From Klebsiella pneumoniae (GTDB taxonomy: Bacteria; Pseudomonadota; Gammaproteobacteria; Steroidobacterales; Steroidobacteraceae): 64,000 bases of DNA. Shown here in pieces: positions 52,904-63,717 of the stretch (positions within the stretch are counted from its first letter, which is position 1; every line of letters starts with the position of its first letter). The position numbers and the translations under genes were made by a program. The notes beneath the pieces are model-generated. The model saw only the letters and a program-made list of their open reading frames with translations. It searched no databases and had not been told where the DNA came from. The DNA lies in the NCBI GenBank assembly GCA_945860725.1, contig CAMAQZ010000001.1:17665-81664 (forward strand). The letters run 5' to 3'.

Positions 52904-52945
52904 GGCCGCTCGGTACGGCCCTTCGGATCCTCGGAGGCGCCCCTC

Positions 52946-54043
52946 ATGGCACGACAGACCCCACTCCACGCACTACACCGCGAGCTTGGCGCGCGCAGCG
53001 TCGATTTCGGCGGTTGGGACATGCCGGTCCACTACGGCTCACAGATCGAGGAGCACCACAGCGTCCGGCGCGCGGCGGGCATGTTCGATGTCTCCCACAT
53101 GTGCGTCATCGATCTGCATGGACCCGGTGTCCGTGCGTTCCTTCGATGGCTCCTTGCCAACGACATCGGCAAGCTGCATCGACCCGGCAAGGCGCTCTAC
53201 AGCTGCATGCTCGCAGAGTCCGGCGGTGTGATCGACGACCTGATCGTCTATTTCATGGCGGAAGACTGGTTCAGGGTGGTGGTCAACGCCGGCAGCCGCG
53301 ACAAAGATCTGGCGTGGATGCGTGCTTGCGCCGCGGATCGAGGCGCCGAGCTCGACATCATCGAGCGCAGCGATCTCGCGATGATCGCGGTGCAGGGGCC
53401 TGCGGCCCGGGAGCGCGTCGCGGCGTTGCTCGATCCCGCCGATCGTGGACCTGCGCTCGCGCTCGAGCCGTTCTACGGTCGCGGCTGCGGCACCTGGTTT
53501 GTAGCCCGTACCGGCTACACCGGCGAGGACGGCTTCGAGATCATGCTGCCCGCGCCCGAGGCCGTGCCCGTGTGGCGCGCGTTGCAGGCTGCCGAGGTCG
53601 TCTGCTGTGGCCTCGGTGCGCGCGACACGCTGCGGCTCGAGGCCGGCATGAACCTCTACGGCAACGACATGGACGGATCGACGAACCCGCTGGAGTCGGG
53701 TCTCGCCTGGACGGTCGCGTTCGACCCGCTGGACCGCGATTTCGTCGGTCGCCGTGCGCTCGAGGCGCTGCGCACTGCGGGTGTACCGATGAAGCTCGTC
53801 GGTCTCGTGCTCGAAGATCGTGGAGTGCTGCGGGGTCACCAGAAGGTCTCCGCTGCGGACATCGGCGACGGCGAGGTCACGAGCGGCACCTGGTCGCCGA
53901 GCCTCCAACGTTCCATCGCGTTCGCACGCGTGCCGAGTGCGACTGGCGGCGCGGTGCAGGTGGAGATGCGCGGCAAGTGGCTGCCTGCCCGTGTCGTCAG
54001 GCTGCCGTTCCTGCGGCACGGTCGCATCCTCATCGATCTTTGA
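52946..54043 (+). CDS. gcvT: Glycine cleavage system aminomethyltransferase (T protein)
   Basis: [48 protein letters not shown]. Confidence 0.96.
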   Translation: MARQTPLHALHRELGARSVDFGGWDMPVHYGSQIEEHHSVRRAAGMFDVSHMCVIDLHGPGVRAFLRWLLANDIGKLHRPGKALYSCMLAESGGVIDDLIVYFMAEDWFRVVVNAGSRDKDLAWMRACAADRGAELDIIERSDLAMIAVQGPAARERVAALLDPADRGPALALEPFYGRGCGTWFVARTGYTGEDGFEIMLPAPEAVPVWRALQAAEVVCCGLGARDTLRLEAGMNLYGNDMDGSTNPLESGLAWTVAFDPLDRDFVGRRALEALRTAGVPMKLVGLVLEDRGVLRGHQKVSAADIGDGEVTSGTWSPSLQRSIAFARVPSATGGAVQVEMRGKWLPARVVRLPFLRHGRILIDL

Positions 54044-54072
54044 AAACCCCGACGTCCTATGGAGTCCTCCCC

Positions 54073-54468
54073 ATGAGCCAAGTACCTGTTGAACTGCGAT
54101 ACGCCAAGACCCATGAATGGGCGCGCCTGCTGGCGGACGGCTCGGTGGAGGTCGGGATCTCCGAGCACGCCCAAGCCGCGCTCGGTGATCTGGTGTTCGT
54201 CGAGGTGCCCGAGACGGGCCGCGTGCTCGCCGCCGGCGAGGGCTGCGCGGTGGTCGAGTCGGTGAAGGCCGCCTCGGATGTCTACAGCCCGATCGCCGGC
54301 ACCGTCATCGCGGTGAACTTGGAGCTTGCAGCGGCGCCAGAACTCGTCAACCAGGATTGCTACGGGCGCGGTTGGATGCTGCGCCTGCAGCCCGCTTCGA
54401 CGGCCTCGCTCGCGGGCTTGCTCGACGCCGAAGCCTACGGCGGACAACTCGCTGCGACAGGAGGCTGA
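54073..54468 (+). CDS. gcvH: Glycine cleavage system H protein
   Basis: [11 protein letters not shown].. and the lipoyl-Lys context [13 protein letters not shown]. This is the last 131 codons of track ORF 53014..54468. Confidence 0.95.
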   Translation: MSQVPVELRYAKTHEWARLLADGSVEVGISEHAQAALGDLVFVEVPETGRVLAAGEGCAVVESVKAASDVYSPIAGTVIAVNLELAAAPELVNQDCYGRGWMLRLQPASTASLAGLLDAEAYGGQLAATGG

Positions 54469-54472
54469 GACC

Positions 54473-55846
54473 GTGCCGTTCATCCCGCACACCGAGGAAG
54501 ATGTCCGTCTCATGCTTGCGGCGATCGGCGCACCTTCGATCGAAGCGTTGTTCGACGAGATCCCCGCGGGCTTGCGCGTGCAGGGCCTCGACGGTATCCC
54601 GCCCGGCCTCTCGGAGATGGAGATCGGCCGATTGATGTCCGAGCGGGCGCGACGGGACGGCCAACCGCTGTCGTTCTTGGGGGGCGGTGCCTATGAGCAC
54701 CATATCCCTGCCGCGGTTTGGGCGATCGCCACACGCGGCGAGTTCTACAGCGCGTATACGCCCTATCAGGCCGAGGCCAGTCAGGGCACTTTGCAGCTCA
54801 TCCACGAGTACCAGACCATGATGTCGAGCCTGACCGGGCTCGAGGTCTCAAACGCCTCGCTCTACGACGGCGGTTCGGCGGTCGCCGAGGCGGCGCTGAT
54901 GGCGGTGCGGGCGCACCGTCGATCGAACAGTCAGCGCGTGCTGCTGCCGACGACGGTCAACCCCCGCTATCGGCAGGTGGCGCGGAACACCGCGGGCGGC
55001 CAGGGACTGCGCTTCGAGACGATCCCCTGCGTGTCTGACACGGGCAGCATCGACCCCGCTGCACTCGCGGCGTACGCGGGCGAGGACATCGCCGCAGTGG
55101 TCATCCAGCAACCGAACTTCTTCGGTCGTCTGGAGGATGTCGATGCGCTCACCGATCAGGCCCATGCACTCGGCATGATGGTGATTGGTGTCGTCAATCC
55201 GACCTCGCTGGCGTTGCTGAAGCCGCCCGGCGAGTGGGGCACGCGCGGCGTGGACATCTGCGTCGGCGAGGGCCAGCCGCTCGGCGTGCCATTGTCCTCG
55301 GGAGGACCCTACTTCGGCTTCATGACGACCCGCATGGCGCATGTCCGCTCGATGCCGGGCCGCATCGTCGGGCGCACCGTCGATCTCGAGGGCCGCACCG
55401 GATACACGCTCACCTTGCAAGCGCGCGAGCAGCACATCCGGCGTGGCAAGGCCACCTCCAACATCTGCACCAACCAAGGGTTGTTGATGACGGCGGCCAC
55501 CCTCTACATGACCTTGCTCGGTCCGACAGGGCTCGCGCGCGTCGCCGAGGCGTCCATGACGCGCACCGCGCAGCTGGTCGCGGCCCTGTCAGCCCGGCAG
55601 GGAGTCCGACCGGCGTTCGCCGGGGCGCACTTCCACGAGGCCGTGCTGCGGATCGACCGGCCCGTTGCAGGCGTGCTGCGTGCGCTCGAGGCCGAGGGCA
55701 TCCTGGGCGGGCTCGATCTCGCCGCGGATTACCCGGAGCTCGGCCCTGCGCTGCTCGTCTGCGCGACCGAGACCAAGACCGACACCGACATCGAACGTTA
55801 CGCCGCAGCGCTCGGTCGGGCGCTCGAGGCGGTGCGTGCAGCCTGA
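54473..55846 (+). CDS. gcvPA: Glycine dehydrogenase (decarboxylating) subunit 1
   Basis: (V)[18 protein letters not shown].. Proposed GTG start at codon 50 of the track ORF. Confidence 0.92.
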   Translation: MPFIPHTEEDVRLMLAAIGAPSIEALFDEIPAGLRVQGLDGIPPGLSEMEIGRLMSERARRDGQPLSFLGGGAYEHHIPAAVWAIATRGEFYSAYTPYQAEASQGTLQLIHEYQTMMSSLTGLEVSNASLYDGGSAVAEAALMAVRAHRRSNSQRVLLPTTVNPRYRQVARNTAGGQGLRFETIPCVSDTGSIDPAALAAYAGEDIAAVVIQQPNFFGRLEDVDALTDQAHALGMMVIGVVNPTSLALLKPPGEWGTRGVDICVGEGQPLGVPLSSGGPYFGFMTTRMAHVRSMPGRIVGRTVDLEGRTGYTLTLQAREQHIRRGKATSNICTNQGLLMTAATLYMTLLGPTGLARVAEASMTRTAQLVAALSARQGVRPAFAGAHFHEAVLRIDRPVAGVLRALEAEGILGGLDLAADYPELGPALLVCATETKTDTDIERYAAALGRALEAVRAA

Positions 55847-55882
55847 GCCGCGCGCAGCGCCGACCCTCACGGAGAACTTGTC

Positions 55883-57364
55883 ATGAACCAGACGCTTGAA
55901 AAGCCGATCTTTGAGTATTCGCGGCCCGGACGCGGCGCCACAGCCCAGCATCCGCCGGCGCCCTCTGCCGATGCCATCGGGCGCGCGGCGATACCGGATG
56001 CGCTACGCCGTCGTCAGGCGCCGCTGCTGCCGGAGGTGAGCGAACTCGATGCGGTGCGTCATTTCACGCGCCTCTCGCAACTGAACTTCTCGATCGACAC
56101 GAACTTCTACCCGCTCGGTTCCTGCACGATGAAGTACAACCCCAAGGCCTGTAATCAGTACGCGATGCTGCCGGAGTTCCTCGGTCGCCATCCGCTTGCG
56201 CCGGCGACGGTCGGGCAGGGCTTTCTCAATTGCATGTTCGAGCTGCAGGAGATGCTGAAGGAGGTCACCGGCATGGCGGCGGTGTCGCTCAGCCCGATGG
56301 CCGGTGCGCACGGCGAGTTCGCCGGCGTCGCCATGATCCGCGCCTATCATCGGGCGCGGGGCGACCTTGCCCGCGATGAGATCATCGTCCCGGCGGCGGC
56401 GCATGGCACCAATCCCGCGACCGCCACCATGTGCGGCTGCTCGGTCAAAGAAATCCCGGTCGATGCCGAGGGCGATGTCGACCTTGATGCGCTGACGAAG
56501 GCGGTGGGGCCGAGGACCGCGGGCATCATGCTCACCAATCCCTCCACGCTCGGTGTGTTCGAACGCAAGATCGAGGCGGTCGCGCGCATCGTGCACGGTG
56601 CAGGCGGGTTGCTGTACTACGACGGCGCCAACCTGAACGCCATCCTCGGCAAGGTGCGTCCGGGCGACATGGGCTTCGATGCCATCCACATGAACCTGCA
56701 CAAGACCTTCTCGACGCCGCACGGCGGCGGCGGGCCGGGCGCCGGCGCGGTGGGGGTCAGCGCGCGCCTCGAGCCGTTCCTGCCGGTACCGCTCGTGGGC
56801 AGCGGCGAGCAAGGTTATCGATGGCTGGATGAGACCGAGCGTCCGCAGAGCATCGGCCGGCTGTCGGCCTTCATGGGTAATGCAGGTGTGCTGCTGCGCG
56901 CCTACATTTATATGCGCATGCTCGGCCGCGACGGCATGGCCCGCGTCGGTGAGTTCGCGACGCTCAATGCGAACTATCTGCAGGCTCGGCTGCGTGATGC
57001 AGGCTACGAACTTGGCTACCCCACCCGACGGGCGAGCCACGAGTTCATCCTGACCTTGCGGCGTGAGGCGAAGGAGTTCGATGTCACGGCGATGGACATC
57101 GCCAAGCGGCTGCTCGATTTCGGTATCCACGCGCCGACGACCTATTTCCCGCTGTTGGTCCCGGAGTGCCTGCTTATCGAGCCCACCGAGACCGAGAGCC
57201 GCGAGACCCTCGATGGGTTCGTCGAGGCGATGGTCGCGATCCTCGCCGAGGCGCGATCCGATCCCGCGAGGCTGAAAGCTGCGCCCTATACGATGCCCGT
57301 ACGGCGGCTCGACGATGTGCGCGCAGCGAAGCATCTCGAACTGACCTGGAAGCCGCTTCAATAG
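55883..57364 (+). CDS. gcvPB: Glycine dehydrogenase (decarboxylating) subunit 2
   Basis: ..[20 protein letters not shown].. (PLP-Lys context). 493 aa. Confidence 0.95.
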   Translation: MNQTLEKPIFEYSRPGRGATAQHPPAPSADAIGRAAIPDALRRRQAPLLPEVSELDAVRHFTRLSQLNFSIDTNFYPLGSCTMKYNPKACNQYAMLPEFLGRHPLAPATVGQGFLNCMFELQEMLKEVTGMAAVSLSPMAGAHGEFAGVAMIRAYHRARGDLARDEIIVPAAAHGTNPATATMCGCSVKEIPVDAEGDVDLDALTKAVGPRTAGIMLTNPSTLGVFERKIEAVARIVHGAGGLLYYDGANLNAILGKVRPGDMGFDAIHMNLHKTFSTPHGGGGPGAGAVGVSARLEPFLPVPLVGSGEQGYRWLDETERPQSIGRLSAFMGNAGVLLRAYIYMRMLGRDGMARVGEFATLNANYLQARLRDAGYELGYPTRRASHEFILTLRREAKEFDVTAMDIAKRLLDFGIHAPTTYFPLLVPECLLIEPTETESRETLDGFVEAMVAILAEARSDPARLKAAPYTMPVRRLDDVRAAKHLELTWKPLQ

Positions 57365-57376
57365 TATAGTGAGAGG

Positions 57377-57760
57377 ATGATGCCGCTCACCGACCGCCCG
57401 AAGCCGACGGGTCTGATCCGCCTCTGGCGCGCCTTTGGCAACACCGCAAAGGGTTACATTGGAGCGTTCATCGAGGAGGCCGCCTTCCGGCAGGAACTCG
57501 CCTTGTGCGTGCTGCTGTTCCCGGTCGGTCTTTGGCTCGGACAGGACGGGATCGAGCGTGCGCTGTTGGTCGGGCCGTTGTTCGTGATCCTCATCGTCGA
57601 GCTGCTCAACAGCGCCATCGAGGCCACGGTCGATCGCATCGGTCTCGAGCGCCATGCGCTCTCCGGGCTCGCCAAGGACATCGGTTCGGCGGCGGTGTTC
57701 ACCTCTTTCGCGTTGTTGGTGACGGTATGGGCGCTGCTGCTCTGGGAGAGGTTCGCATGA
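57377..57760 (+). CDS. dgkA: Diacylglycerol kinase
   Basis: ..AFRQELALCVLL.., VELLNSAIEATVDRIG, AKDIGSAAV. Confidence 0.9.
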   Translation: MMPLTDRPKPTGLIRLWRAFGNTAKGYIGAFIEEAAFRQELALCVLLFPVGLWLGQDGIERALLVGPLFVILIVELLNSAIEATVDRIGLERHALSGLAKDIGSAAVFTSFALLVTVWALLLWERFA

Positions 57761-58695
57761 CGGCATTGATCTGCGGCTCGATCGCCTACGACACGGTGAT
57801 GGTGTTCGAGGGCGAGTTCAAAGATCATATCCTGGCCGATCGCATCCACATGCTCAATGTGGCGTTTTTGGTACCCTCGCTGCGCCGCAACTTCGGCGGC
57901 TGCGCCGGTAACATCGCCTACAACCTCAAGCTGCTGGGCGGCGACGGCAAGGTGATGGCGACGGTGGGCCATGACTTCGGACCCTATCGTGCGTGGATGC
58001 AGAACAACGGCCTGCCCGCGGATCTCGTCAGCGAGCTCGCGGACGAGTACACGGCACAGGCGTACATCACGACTGACGCCGCCAACAACCAGATCACGGC
58101 CTTCCATCCAGGCGCCATGAACCGCGCGCACCTGAACGAAGTCCCGCGCAGCGCCGGCATCTCGCTCGGTATCGTCGCGCCCGAGAGCCATCGTGGCATG
58201 CTCGAGCACGCCGCGCAGTTCGCAAAAGCCGAGATCCCCTTCGTGTTCGACCCGGGCCAGGCGATGACGATCTTGGGCGGCGATGACCTGCGCACGCTCA
58301 TCGGCCAGTCGCGCTGGCTGGCGGTCAATGATTACGAAGCCAGCCTGTTGGTTGAGCGCACCGGTTGGAGCGTCGCCGACATCGCCGACCGGGTCGAGGC
58401 GCTGATCGTCACCCGCGGCGGCGAGGGTTCGCACATCCACACCGGCGGCCGCGTCATCGAGATCCCGCCGGTCAAGCCCGAGCGGATCGCCGATCCCACC
58501 GGCTGTGGTGATGCGTACCGGGGCGGATTGCTCTACGGTCTGCAGCGTGGGCTCGATTGGGCGGTGACGGGTCGCATCGCCTCGCTGATGGGGTCGCTGA
58601 AGATCGCGCACCACGGCACCCAGAACCACCGTTTCGGCCGCGAAGAGTTCGCGCGTCTCTACCAACAGGCCTTCGGCACCGCGCTCGAGGCTTGA
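57757..58695 (+). CDS. PfkB-family carbohydrate/nucleoside kinase (adenosine-kinase-like)
   Basis: GGCAGNIAYNL and DPTGCGDAYRGGLLYG motifs. ATGA overlap with dgkA. Start at Met85 of the track ORF. Confidence 0.85.
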   Translation: MTALICGSIAYDTVMVFEGEFKDHILADRIHMLNVAFLVPSLRRNFGGCAGNIAYNLKLLGGDGKVMATVGHDFGPYRAWMQNNGLPADLVSELADEYTAQAYITTDAANNQITAFHPGAMNRAHLNEVPRSAGISLGIVAPESHRGMLEHAAQFAKAEIPFVFDPGQAMTILGGDDLRTLIGQSRWLAVNDYEASLLVERTGWSVADIADRVEALIVTRGGEGSHIHTGGRVIEIPPVKPERIADPTGCGDAYRGGLLYGLQRGLDWAVTGRIASLMGSLKIAHHGTQNHRFGREEFARLYQQAFGTALEA

Positions 58696-59669
58696 GCGAG
58701 TCCGACGCGCAGCCCGATCTGTTCGGTGGCGGCTCCCGGGCCGCCATCACGGCGCAACCTGCCGATCCGGTGCTCGCAGCACTCGCGGCGAAGTTGCCGA
58801 CCACCCTGCGCTTCGGGACCTCCACCTGGTCGTTCCCGGGTTGGGCCGGGATCGTCTACGACGGGGTGTACGACGAAGGCGCACTCGCTCGGCAGGGGCT
58901 CGCGGCCTACGCGCGCCACCCGTTGCTTCGGGCGGTGGGGGTCGACCGCAGTTTCTACGCGCCGCTCGATCCGCTCACGCTCGAGCGCATGGCGGACTCG
59001 GTGCCGGCGGATTTCCGTTTCCTCATGAAGGCGCATGCCGCGCTCACGACGCCCCGCAGCGCACCACGCCCGGCGTTCCTCGGCGACACCCCCGAGGCCT
59101 TCCTCGATGCCGACTACGCCACCCGCGTGGTCATCGACCCGGCCCGCCGACTGCTCGGCGAGCGCTTGGGGGTCGTCCTCTTCCAGTTCTCGCCGCTCGG
59201 CGAGCGCGTGCAGCGTCACCGCGCGCTGCTGCTCGATCGACTCTCAGCGTTTTTGCGCGGCTTGCCGCGCGGGCCCTGCTACGCCTGCGAATGGCGCGAC
59301 CCGTTCGTGCTCGGGGCCGATTATCACGCGCTGCTCGCCGATGCCGGCGCGGTGCATGGACTTTGCGCCCATCCGCGCATGCCGTCCGTGGACGCTCAGG
59401 GTGTCGATCCCGGGAACGATCCGATCGGCGCAGGGCCGCTCGTGATCCGCTGGTTGTTGCGCCGCGATCGCGCCTACGCCGAGGTCCGCGCGACCTACGC
59501 GCCGTTCGATCGCCTGGTCGAACCCGACTCCGACGCACGGGTTCGTATCGCGGCGCTGCTGCGCGCGGCCGCGTCGCGCGGCCGGGGATCATTGGTCATC
59601 GTCAACAACAAGGCCGAAGGGTCCGCTCCGCTGTCCATCGAGGCGTTGGCACGGCAGTCGGCGGGATGA
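58692..59669 (+). CDS. DUF72 (YecE/UPF0759) family protein
   Basis: LRFGTSTWSFPGW..AYARHPLLRAVGVDRSFYAP..FRFLMKAH. The start is uncertain: TTG 58692 overlapping the upstream stop is proposed, and there is no nearby ATG. Confidence 0.7.
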   Translation: MSESDAQPDLFGGGSRAAITAQPADPVLAALAAKLPTTLRFGTSTWSFPGWAGIVYDGVYDEGALARQGLAAYARHPLLRAVGVDRSFYAPLDPLTLERMADSVPADFRFLMKAHAALTTPRSAPRPAFLGDTPEAFLDADYATRVVIDPARRLLGERLGVVLFQFSPLGERVQRHRALLLDRLSAFLRGLPRGPCYACEWRDPFVLGADYHALLADAGAVHGLCAHPRMPSVDAQGVDPGNDPIGAGPLVIRWLLRRDRAYAEVRATYAPFDRLVEPDSDARVRIAALLRAAASRGRGSLVIVNNKAEGSAPLSIEALARQSAG

Positions 59670-59692
59670 CTCGGTCGCATGACTCGCGGCGC

Positions 59693-61258
59693 TCAGTCCT
59701 CCTCCACCGCATCGCCGAGCTCGGCACGACGCCGTTCGACGAACTCGCGCAGCGCCTCATCGAGCGCAGGGTCGAGGCCGGGATCGGCATAGTCGGCGAG
59801 CATCCGCTTCCATACCCCGTGCGCCCGCTGTTCGGCGCTGCGGCTGCCTTCCGCTGTCCACTGCTCGAAGGGCGTGTAGTCGGCGATCGTCGATTGGTGG
59901 AACGCATGCTCGAAGTGGGCAAGCGTGTGCGTCGCACCTAAAAAATGGCTTCCGGGACCGACTTCACGGAGTGCGTCCATCGCCTGTCCGCGCTCGGTGA
60001 GGTCCATGCCGGCGGCGAGCGATTGCATCATCGCGAGTTGATCGGCATCCATCACGAATTTTTCATAGCTCGCGACGAGGCCGGACTCGAGCCAGCCCGC
60101 CGCATGCGTGACGAGATGTACGCCCGCGAGCACCGTGGGCAGCAAGGTGTGCGCGCTCTCGTAGCCCGCCTGCGCATCGACTACTTTCGAGGCGCACAAC
60201 GAGCCGCCGCTGCGACACGGCACATTGAGCCGCCGCGCGAGCTGCGCAGTGGCGAAGATCATCTGCGTCGCCTCGGGGGTACCGAAGGTCGGCGAGCCGG
60301 TGCGCATCGACACCGCGCCCACGAACGAACCCATGATCACCGGTGCGCCCGGGCGAACGAGCTGTGTGAGCGCCATGCCAGCGAGCGTCTCGGCGAGGAT
60401 CTCGGACATGCAGCCTGCGGGCGTCACCGGACCCATCGCACCCGCGAGCACGGCGGGCACGATGATCGTCCCTTGGTTGTGGCCGGCGAACTCGCGCAAC
60501 GCGCCGAGCATGCGGCCATCGAAGGTGAGCGGCGAGTTGGAGTTGATGTTGCCGAGCAGCACGGTATTCGCGTCGACGAAGTCCGTGCCGAAGAGCACTT
60601 CGGCCATGCGCACGGCATCGGCGGCGTGTCCCGGGGTTTCGGGCGTGCCTTCGCAGGCTTGGTCGCTGTGCCGGAAATACGCGTACTGCACATCGAGATG
60701 ACGCTTGCCGGCGGGGATGTCCATCGGCTCGCAGGCGCTGCCGCCCGAGAAATGGATCGCGGGCGCCATGTGTGCGAGCTTGATGAAGTTCACGAGGTCC
60801 TCGAGCGTGGCATAGCGCCGACCGCGCTCGAGATCGGTGACGAAAGGCGGTCCGCCCACCGGCGAGAACACCATCGCATCACCGCCGAAGCGTACGGTGC
60901 GCGCCGGGTTGCGCGCATGCACCTCGAAGGTCGCGGGTGCCGTCTTGAGCAAGGCACGGCAGAGACCGCGCGGTATCCGCACCCGCTCGCCCTGCACATC
61001 TGCGCCCGCCGCGCGCCACAGACGCAGTGACTCGGGGTCGCGCCGGAACTCGACGCCGATCTCCTGCAGCAGCGTCTCGGCGTTGTGCTCGATGATCTCG
61101 ATCGCTTCGCTGTGCAGTAGTTCAACTGCCGGGATCTTGCGACGGATGTAGCCGAGCTGGACGGCAGTCTGACGGCTGCGCTCGGCGCGCCGCACGTCAC
61201 GGGTACGTCGGGGGGCGGGCGGGGCCGCTGCGGCAGCTTGCGGGGCGTCGTCGCTCAT
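59693..61258 (-). CDS. MttB-superfamily (trimethylamine methyltransferase-like) protein, non-pyrrolysine type
   Basis: Uninterrupted 521-codon frame from MSDDAPQ.. Family assignment is by overall resemblance (..IIEHNAETLLQEIGVEF.., ..LAGAMGPVTPAG..) recalled from COG5598 proteins. The upstream 185 codons of the track ORF are judged spurious. Confidence 0.72.
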   Translation of the reverse strand: MSDDAPQAAAAAPPAPRRTRDVRRAERSRQTAVQLGYIRRKIPAVELLHSEAIEIIEHNAETLLQEIGVEFRRDPESLRLWRAAGADVQGERVRIPRGLCRALLKTAPATFEVHARNPARTVRFGGDAMVFSPVGGPPFVTDLERGRRYATLEDLVNFIKLAHMAPAIHFSGGSACEPMDIPAGKRHLDVQYAYFRHSDQACEGTPETPGHAADAVRMAEVLFGTDFVDANTVLLGNINSNSPLTFDGRMLGALREFAGHNQGTIIVPAVLAGAMGPVTPAGCMSEILAETLAGMALTQLVRPGAPVIMGSFVGAVSMRTGSPTFGTPEATQMIFATAQLARRLNVPCRSGGSLCASKVVDAQAGYESAHTLLPTVLAGVHLVTHAAGWLESGLVASYEKFVMDADQLAMMQSLAAGMDLTERGQAMDALREVGPGSHFLGATHTLAHFEHAFHQSTIADYTPFEQWTAEGSRSAEQRAHGVWKRMLADYADPGLDPALDEALREFVERRRAELGDAVEED

Positions 61259-61453
61259 GCGTTTTCGCGACGCGAGTACGCCGCGGTCGCAAGGCCGGTA
61301 TTTTTGGTGTCGATCCACCGTCGGAGGTGCAAGCGCTTCAAGGCGGGATACCGGCTCAGTCGGGGAGGAGGGCTGACACTGAAGGTCGGGCGACGGGCTG
61401 TCAACCGATGCGGCACGGGTACAGCGGGTGGCGTTCAGCGATAGACTGCGGTC

Positions 61454-62395
61454 ATGAACTCCACCGTGGTTGCCGCGCCCGATCTCGCCGCTGCCGTTGT
61501 CGCGTTGCGCGCGGGTGGACTGGTGGCGATGCCGACCGAGACCGTCTACGGTCTTGGCGCCGACGCGCGCAACCCGGCTGCGCTGCGCAAGATCTACGCG
61601 ATCAAGAACCGTCCGGTCGACCATCCTTTGATCCTGCACCTCGCCGACGCCGCAGCGCTGCCGGAGTGGGTCGTCGAGGTGCCCCCCGCCGCGCAAGTGC
61701 TTGCGGCGCACTTTTGGCCCGGTCCTTTGACGCTGGTGTTGCGGCGGGCGCCCGGCGTACCGGATGAACTGACCGGCGGCCAGGACTCGGTCGCCATCCG
61801 CGTGCCATCCCATCCGGTCGCGCAGGCCTTGCTGCGCGCCTTCGGCGGCGGCATCGCAGCGCCCTCGGCGAACCGCTATGGTCGTGTGTCACCGACCTGT
61901 GCCGCGCATGTTCGCGAGGAGTTCCCGGAAGGCATCGCGGTGATCCTCGAGGGCGGTGACTGTGAGGTCGGCCTCGAGTCGACCATCGTCTCCTTGCTCG
62001 GACCGCTGCCACAGTTGCTGCGTCCCGGCGGGATTCCTCGCGCTGAGATCGAGGCTGTGCTCGGCGCGCCGGTGGCGGGTGTCGTCGCTGCGCCCGTGCC
62101 GCGTGTCCCCGGCAGCACCGCGCAGCATTACGCGCCGCGCACGCCTCTCGAACTGGTACCCGCAGGCGACCTTGCCGATGCCGTCGCGCGCGCGGCGGCT
62201 GAGGGCCTGCAGGTGGCGACGCTCGGATGTCCGCCCGGCTGCGATGCTGCGACCTACGGGCGAGCGCTCTATGCGGACTTGCGCAGACTCGATGCGCGCG
62301 GCGTCGACCGTCTGCTGGTGGAGGAGGCGCCAGCGACGCCCGAGTGGGAGGCCGTACGCGATCGTCTCGCCCGTGCCGCCGCCACGTTCCGCTAG
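61454..62395 (+). CDS. tsaC: L-threonylcarbamoyladenylate synthase, Sua5-type (YrdC domain plus C-terminal Sua5 domain)
   Basis: GGLVAMPTETVYGLGADA, KNRPVDHPLILH, SANRYG. 313 aa. Confidence 0.88.
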   Translation: MNSTVVAAPDLAAAVVALRAGGLVAMPTETVYGLGADARNPAALRKIYAIKNRPVDHPLILHLADAAALPEWVVEVPPAAQVLAAHFWPGPLTLVLRRAPGVPDELTGGQDSVAIRVPSHPVAQALLRAFGGGIAAPSANRYGRVSPTCAAHVREEFPEGIAVILEGGDCEVGLESTIVSLLGPLPQLLRPGGIPRAEIEAVLGAPVAGVVAAPVPRVPGSTAQHYAPRTPLELVPAGDLADAVARAAAEGLQVATLGCPPGCDAATYGRALYADLRRLDARGVDRLLVEEAPATPEWEAVRDRLARAAATFR

Positions 62396-62429
62396 GCGCG
62401 CTCCCTCCATCGTGCAAAAATCTCGCTCT

Positions 62430-63632
62430 ATGAAGACCCGCCGTCCTGCGACGCGCGCCGCGCGCGCTGCGTTCATCGATCCGTTCGCGCCCCGCGAGAT
62501 CCGTCGCCTGGTGGCCGAGTTCGGATCGCCGTTGCTCATCGTCGACTGCGAGCGAGTGCGGCGACAGTTCCGGCAACTGCAGCAGGCGTTACCTGGGGTC
62601 GACCTGCACTATGCGCTCAAGCCGTTGCCGCATCCGGCGGTCGTGCGCACAGTATTGGGGGAGGGTGGTTTTCTCGATCTTGCGACCACCGGCGAGGTGG
62701 AGCTGGTCGCGCGCATGGGCGTCGATCCGGCGCTCTGCATCCACACCCACCCCATCAAACGGGATATCGACATCCGCGCCGCGCTCGATCGCGGGGTGCG
62801 CGTATTCGTGGCCGACAACCCCGACGAGCTGCGCAAGTTCGTGCCCTACGCCGATCGTGCGGCGCTGCTGTTGCGGGTCTCCTTCCGCAGCCCGGGTGCG
62901 GTGTCGGATCTCTCGCGCAAGTTCGGCTGCGACCCGGAGCAGTTGTTGCCACTCGCGCGCCGCGCCCACGACCTCGGGCTCACGACCCAAGGATTGTCGT
63001 TCCACGTCGGTTCGCAGGCGCCGGATCCGGGTAAGCATGTCGAGGCCATCGAGGTCTGCGGCAAGCTGCTTGCCGCTGCGCGGCGCGAACGGCTCGGACC
63101 TTGCGACACCCTCGACATCGGTGGCGGGTTCCCCATCGACTACGGCACGCGCGCCCCCGAGATCAGCTACTTCTGTGCGCCGTTGCGGACAGCGCTTGCG
63201 AAACTGCCGAAGCGGGTCCGCGTGATCGCCGAGCCCGGTCGCTACATCGCCGGACCCTCGGCCATCGGCGTGGCGAGCGTGATGGGCCGTGCGCGGCGCG
63301 AGGGTCGTTGGTGGTACTACCTTGACGACGGCTTGTACGGGTCCTACAGCGGCCAGTTGTTCGACCACGCGCGCTACCCGCTCGAAGCGCTGAAGCGCGG
63401 CGGCAAGCGCGAACCGGCCGTGCTCGCGGGCCCGACCTGCGACAGCATCGATGTGATCGCCGAGAATCTCTCGTTGCCCTTGCTCGACGAGGGCGATCTC
63501 GTGGTCGGTCGCGCGATGGGCGCCTACACCTGGGCGAGCGCCTCGGAGTTCAATTTTTTCCCGCGGGCGACGGTGGTGTCGGCAAACCTCGAGCCTGGCG
63601 ATCGCGGCCAGGTCATGAGCATCGACCGTTGA
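62430..63632 (+). CDS. PLP-dependent decarboxylase, Orn/Lys/Arg/DAP family (alanine-racemase fold), likely ornithine/lysine decarboxylase
   Basis: HYALKPLP (PLP-Lys context), DIGGGFP, EPGRY, GPTCDSID. Start at Met159 of track ORF 61956..63632. Confidence 0.8.
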   Translation: MKTRRPATRAARAAFIDPFAPREIRRLVAEFGSPLLIVDCERVRRQFRQLQQALPGVDLHYALKPLPHPAVVRTVLGEGGFLDLATTGEVELVARMGVDPALCIHTHPIKRDIDIRAALDRGVRVFVADNPDELRKFVPYADRAALLLRVSFRSPGAVSDLSRKFGCDPEQLLPLARRAHDLGLTTQGLSFHVGSQAPDPGKHVEAIEVCGKLLAAARRERLGPCDTLDIGGGFPIDYGTRAPEISYFCAPLRTALAKLPKRVRVIAEPGRYIAGPSAIGVASVMGRARREGRWWYYLDDGLYGSYSGQLFDHARYPLEALKRGGKREPAVLAGPTCDSIDVIAENLSLPLLDEGDLVVGRAMGAYTWASASEFNFFPRATVVSANLEPGDRGQVMSIDR

Positions 63633-63674
63633 CCATCGCGGCCGCCGGAAGATCCGTGGCGGCCCAAGATGATC

Positions 63675-63706
63675 AACCTCAGGTTATTAAACCTCAGGCC
63701 ATTAAG
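63675..63706. repeat. Two tandem imperfect 16-bp copies (AACCTCAGGTTATTAA / ACCTCAGGCCATTAAG) in an AT-rich spacer
   Basis: Read directly. Confidence 0.7.
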
Positions 63707-63717
63707 TAGAACAGCCC

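Noticed and set aside
53014-54468. 484-aa ORF overlapping almost all of gcvT in another frame.
   Set aside because: Only its last 131 codons are real (GcvH, from [16 protein letters not shown]). The upstream part is a stop-free extension. The same applies to the long N-terminal extensions of track ORFs 6997, 7997, 24514, 26551, 30303, 33512, 45013, 46425, 54326, 57505, 61956 and 59693..61813.
56003-57766. 587-aa ORF antisense to gcvPB and dgkA.
   Set aside because: It spans two well-supported genes and the spacer between them on the opposite strand. Its composition is typical of shadow frames.
59693-61258. Checked the MttB homologue for an in-frame UAG (pyrrolysine).
   Set aside because: The frame is uninterrupted, so this is the non-Pyl class. 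There is no pyl gene context in the window.
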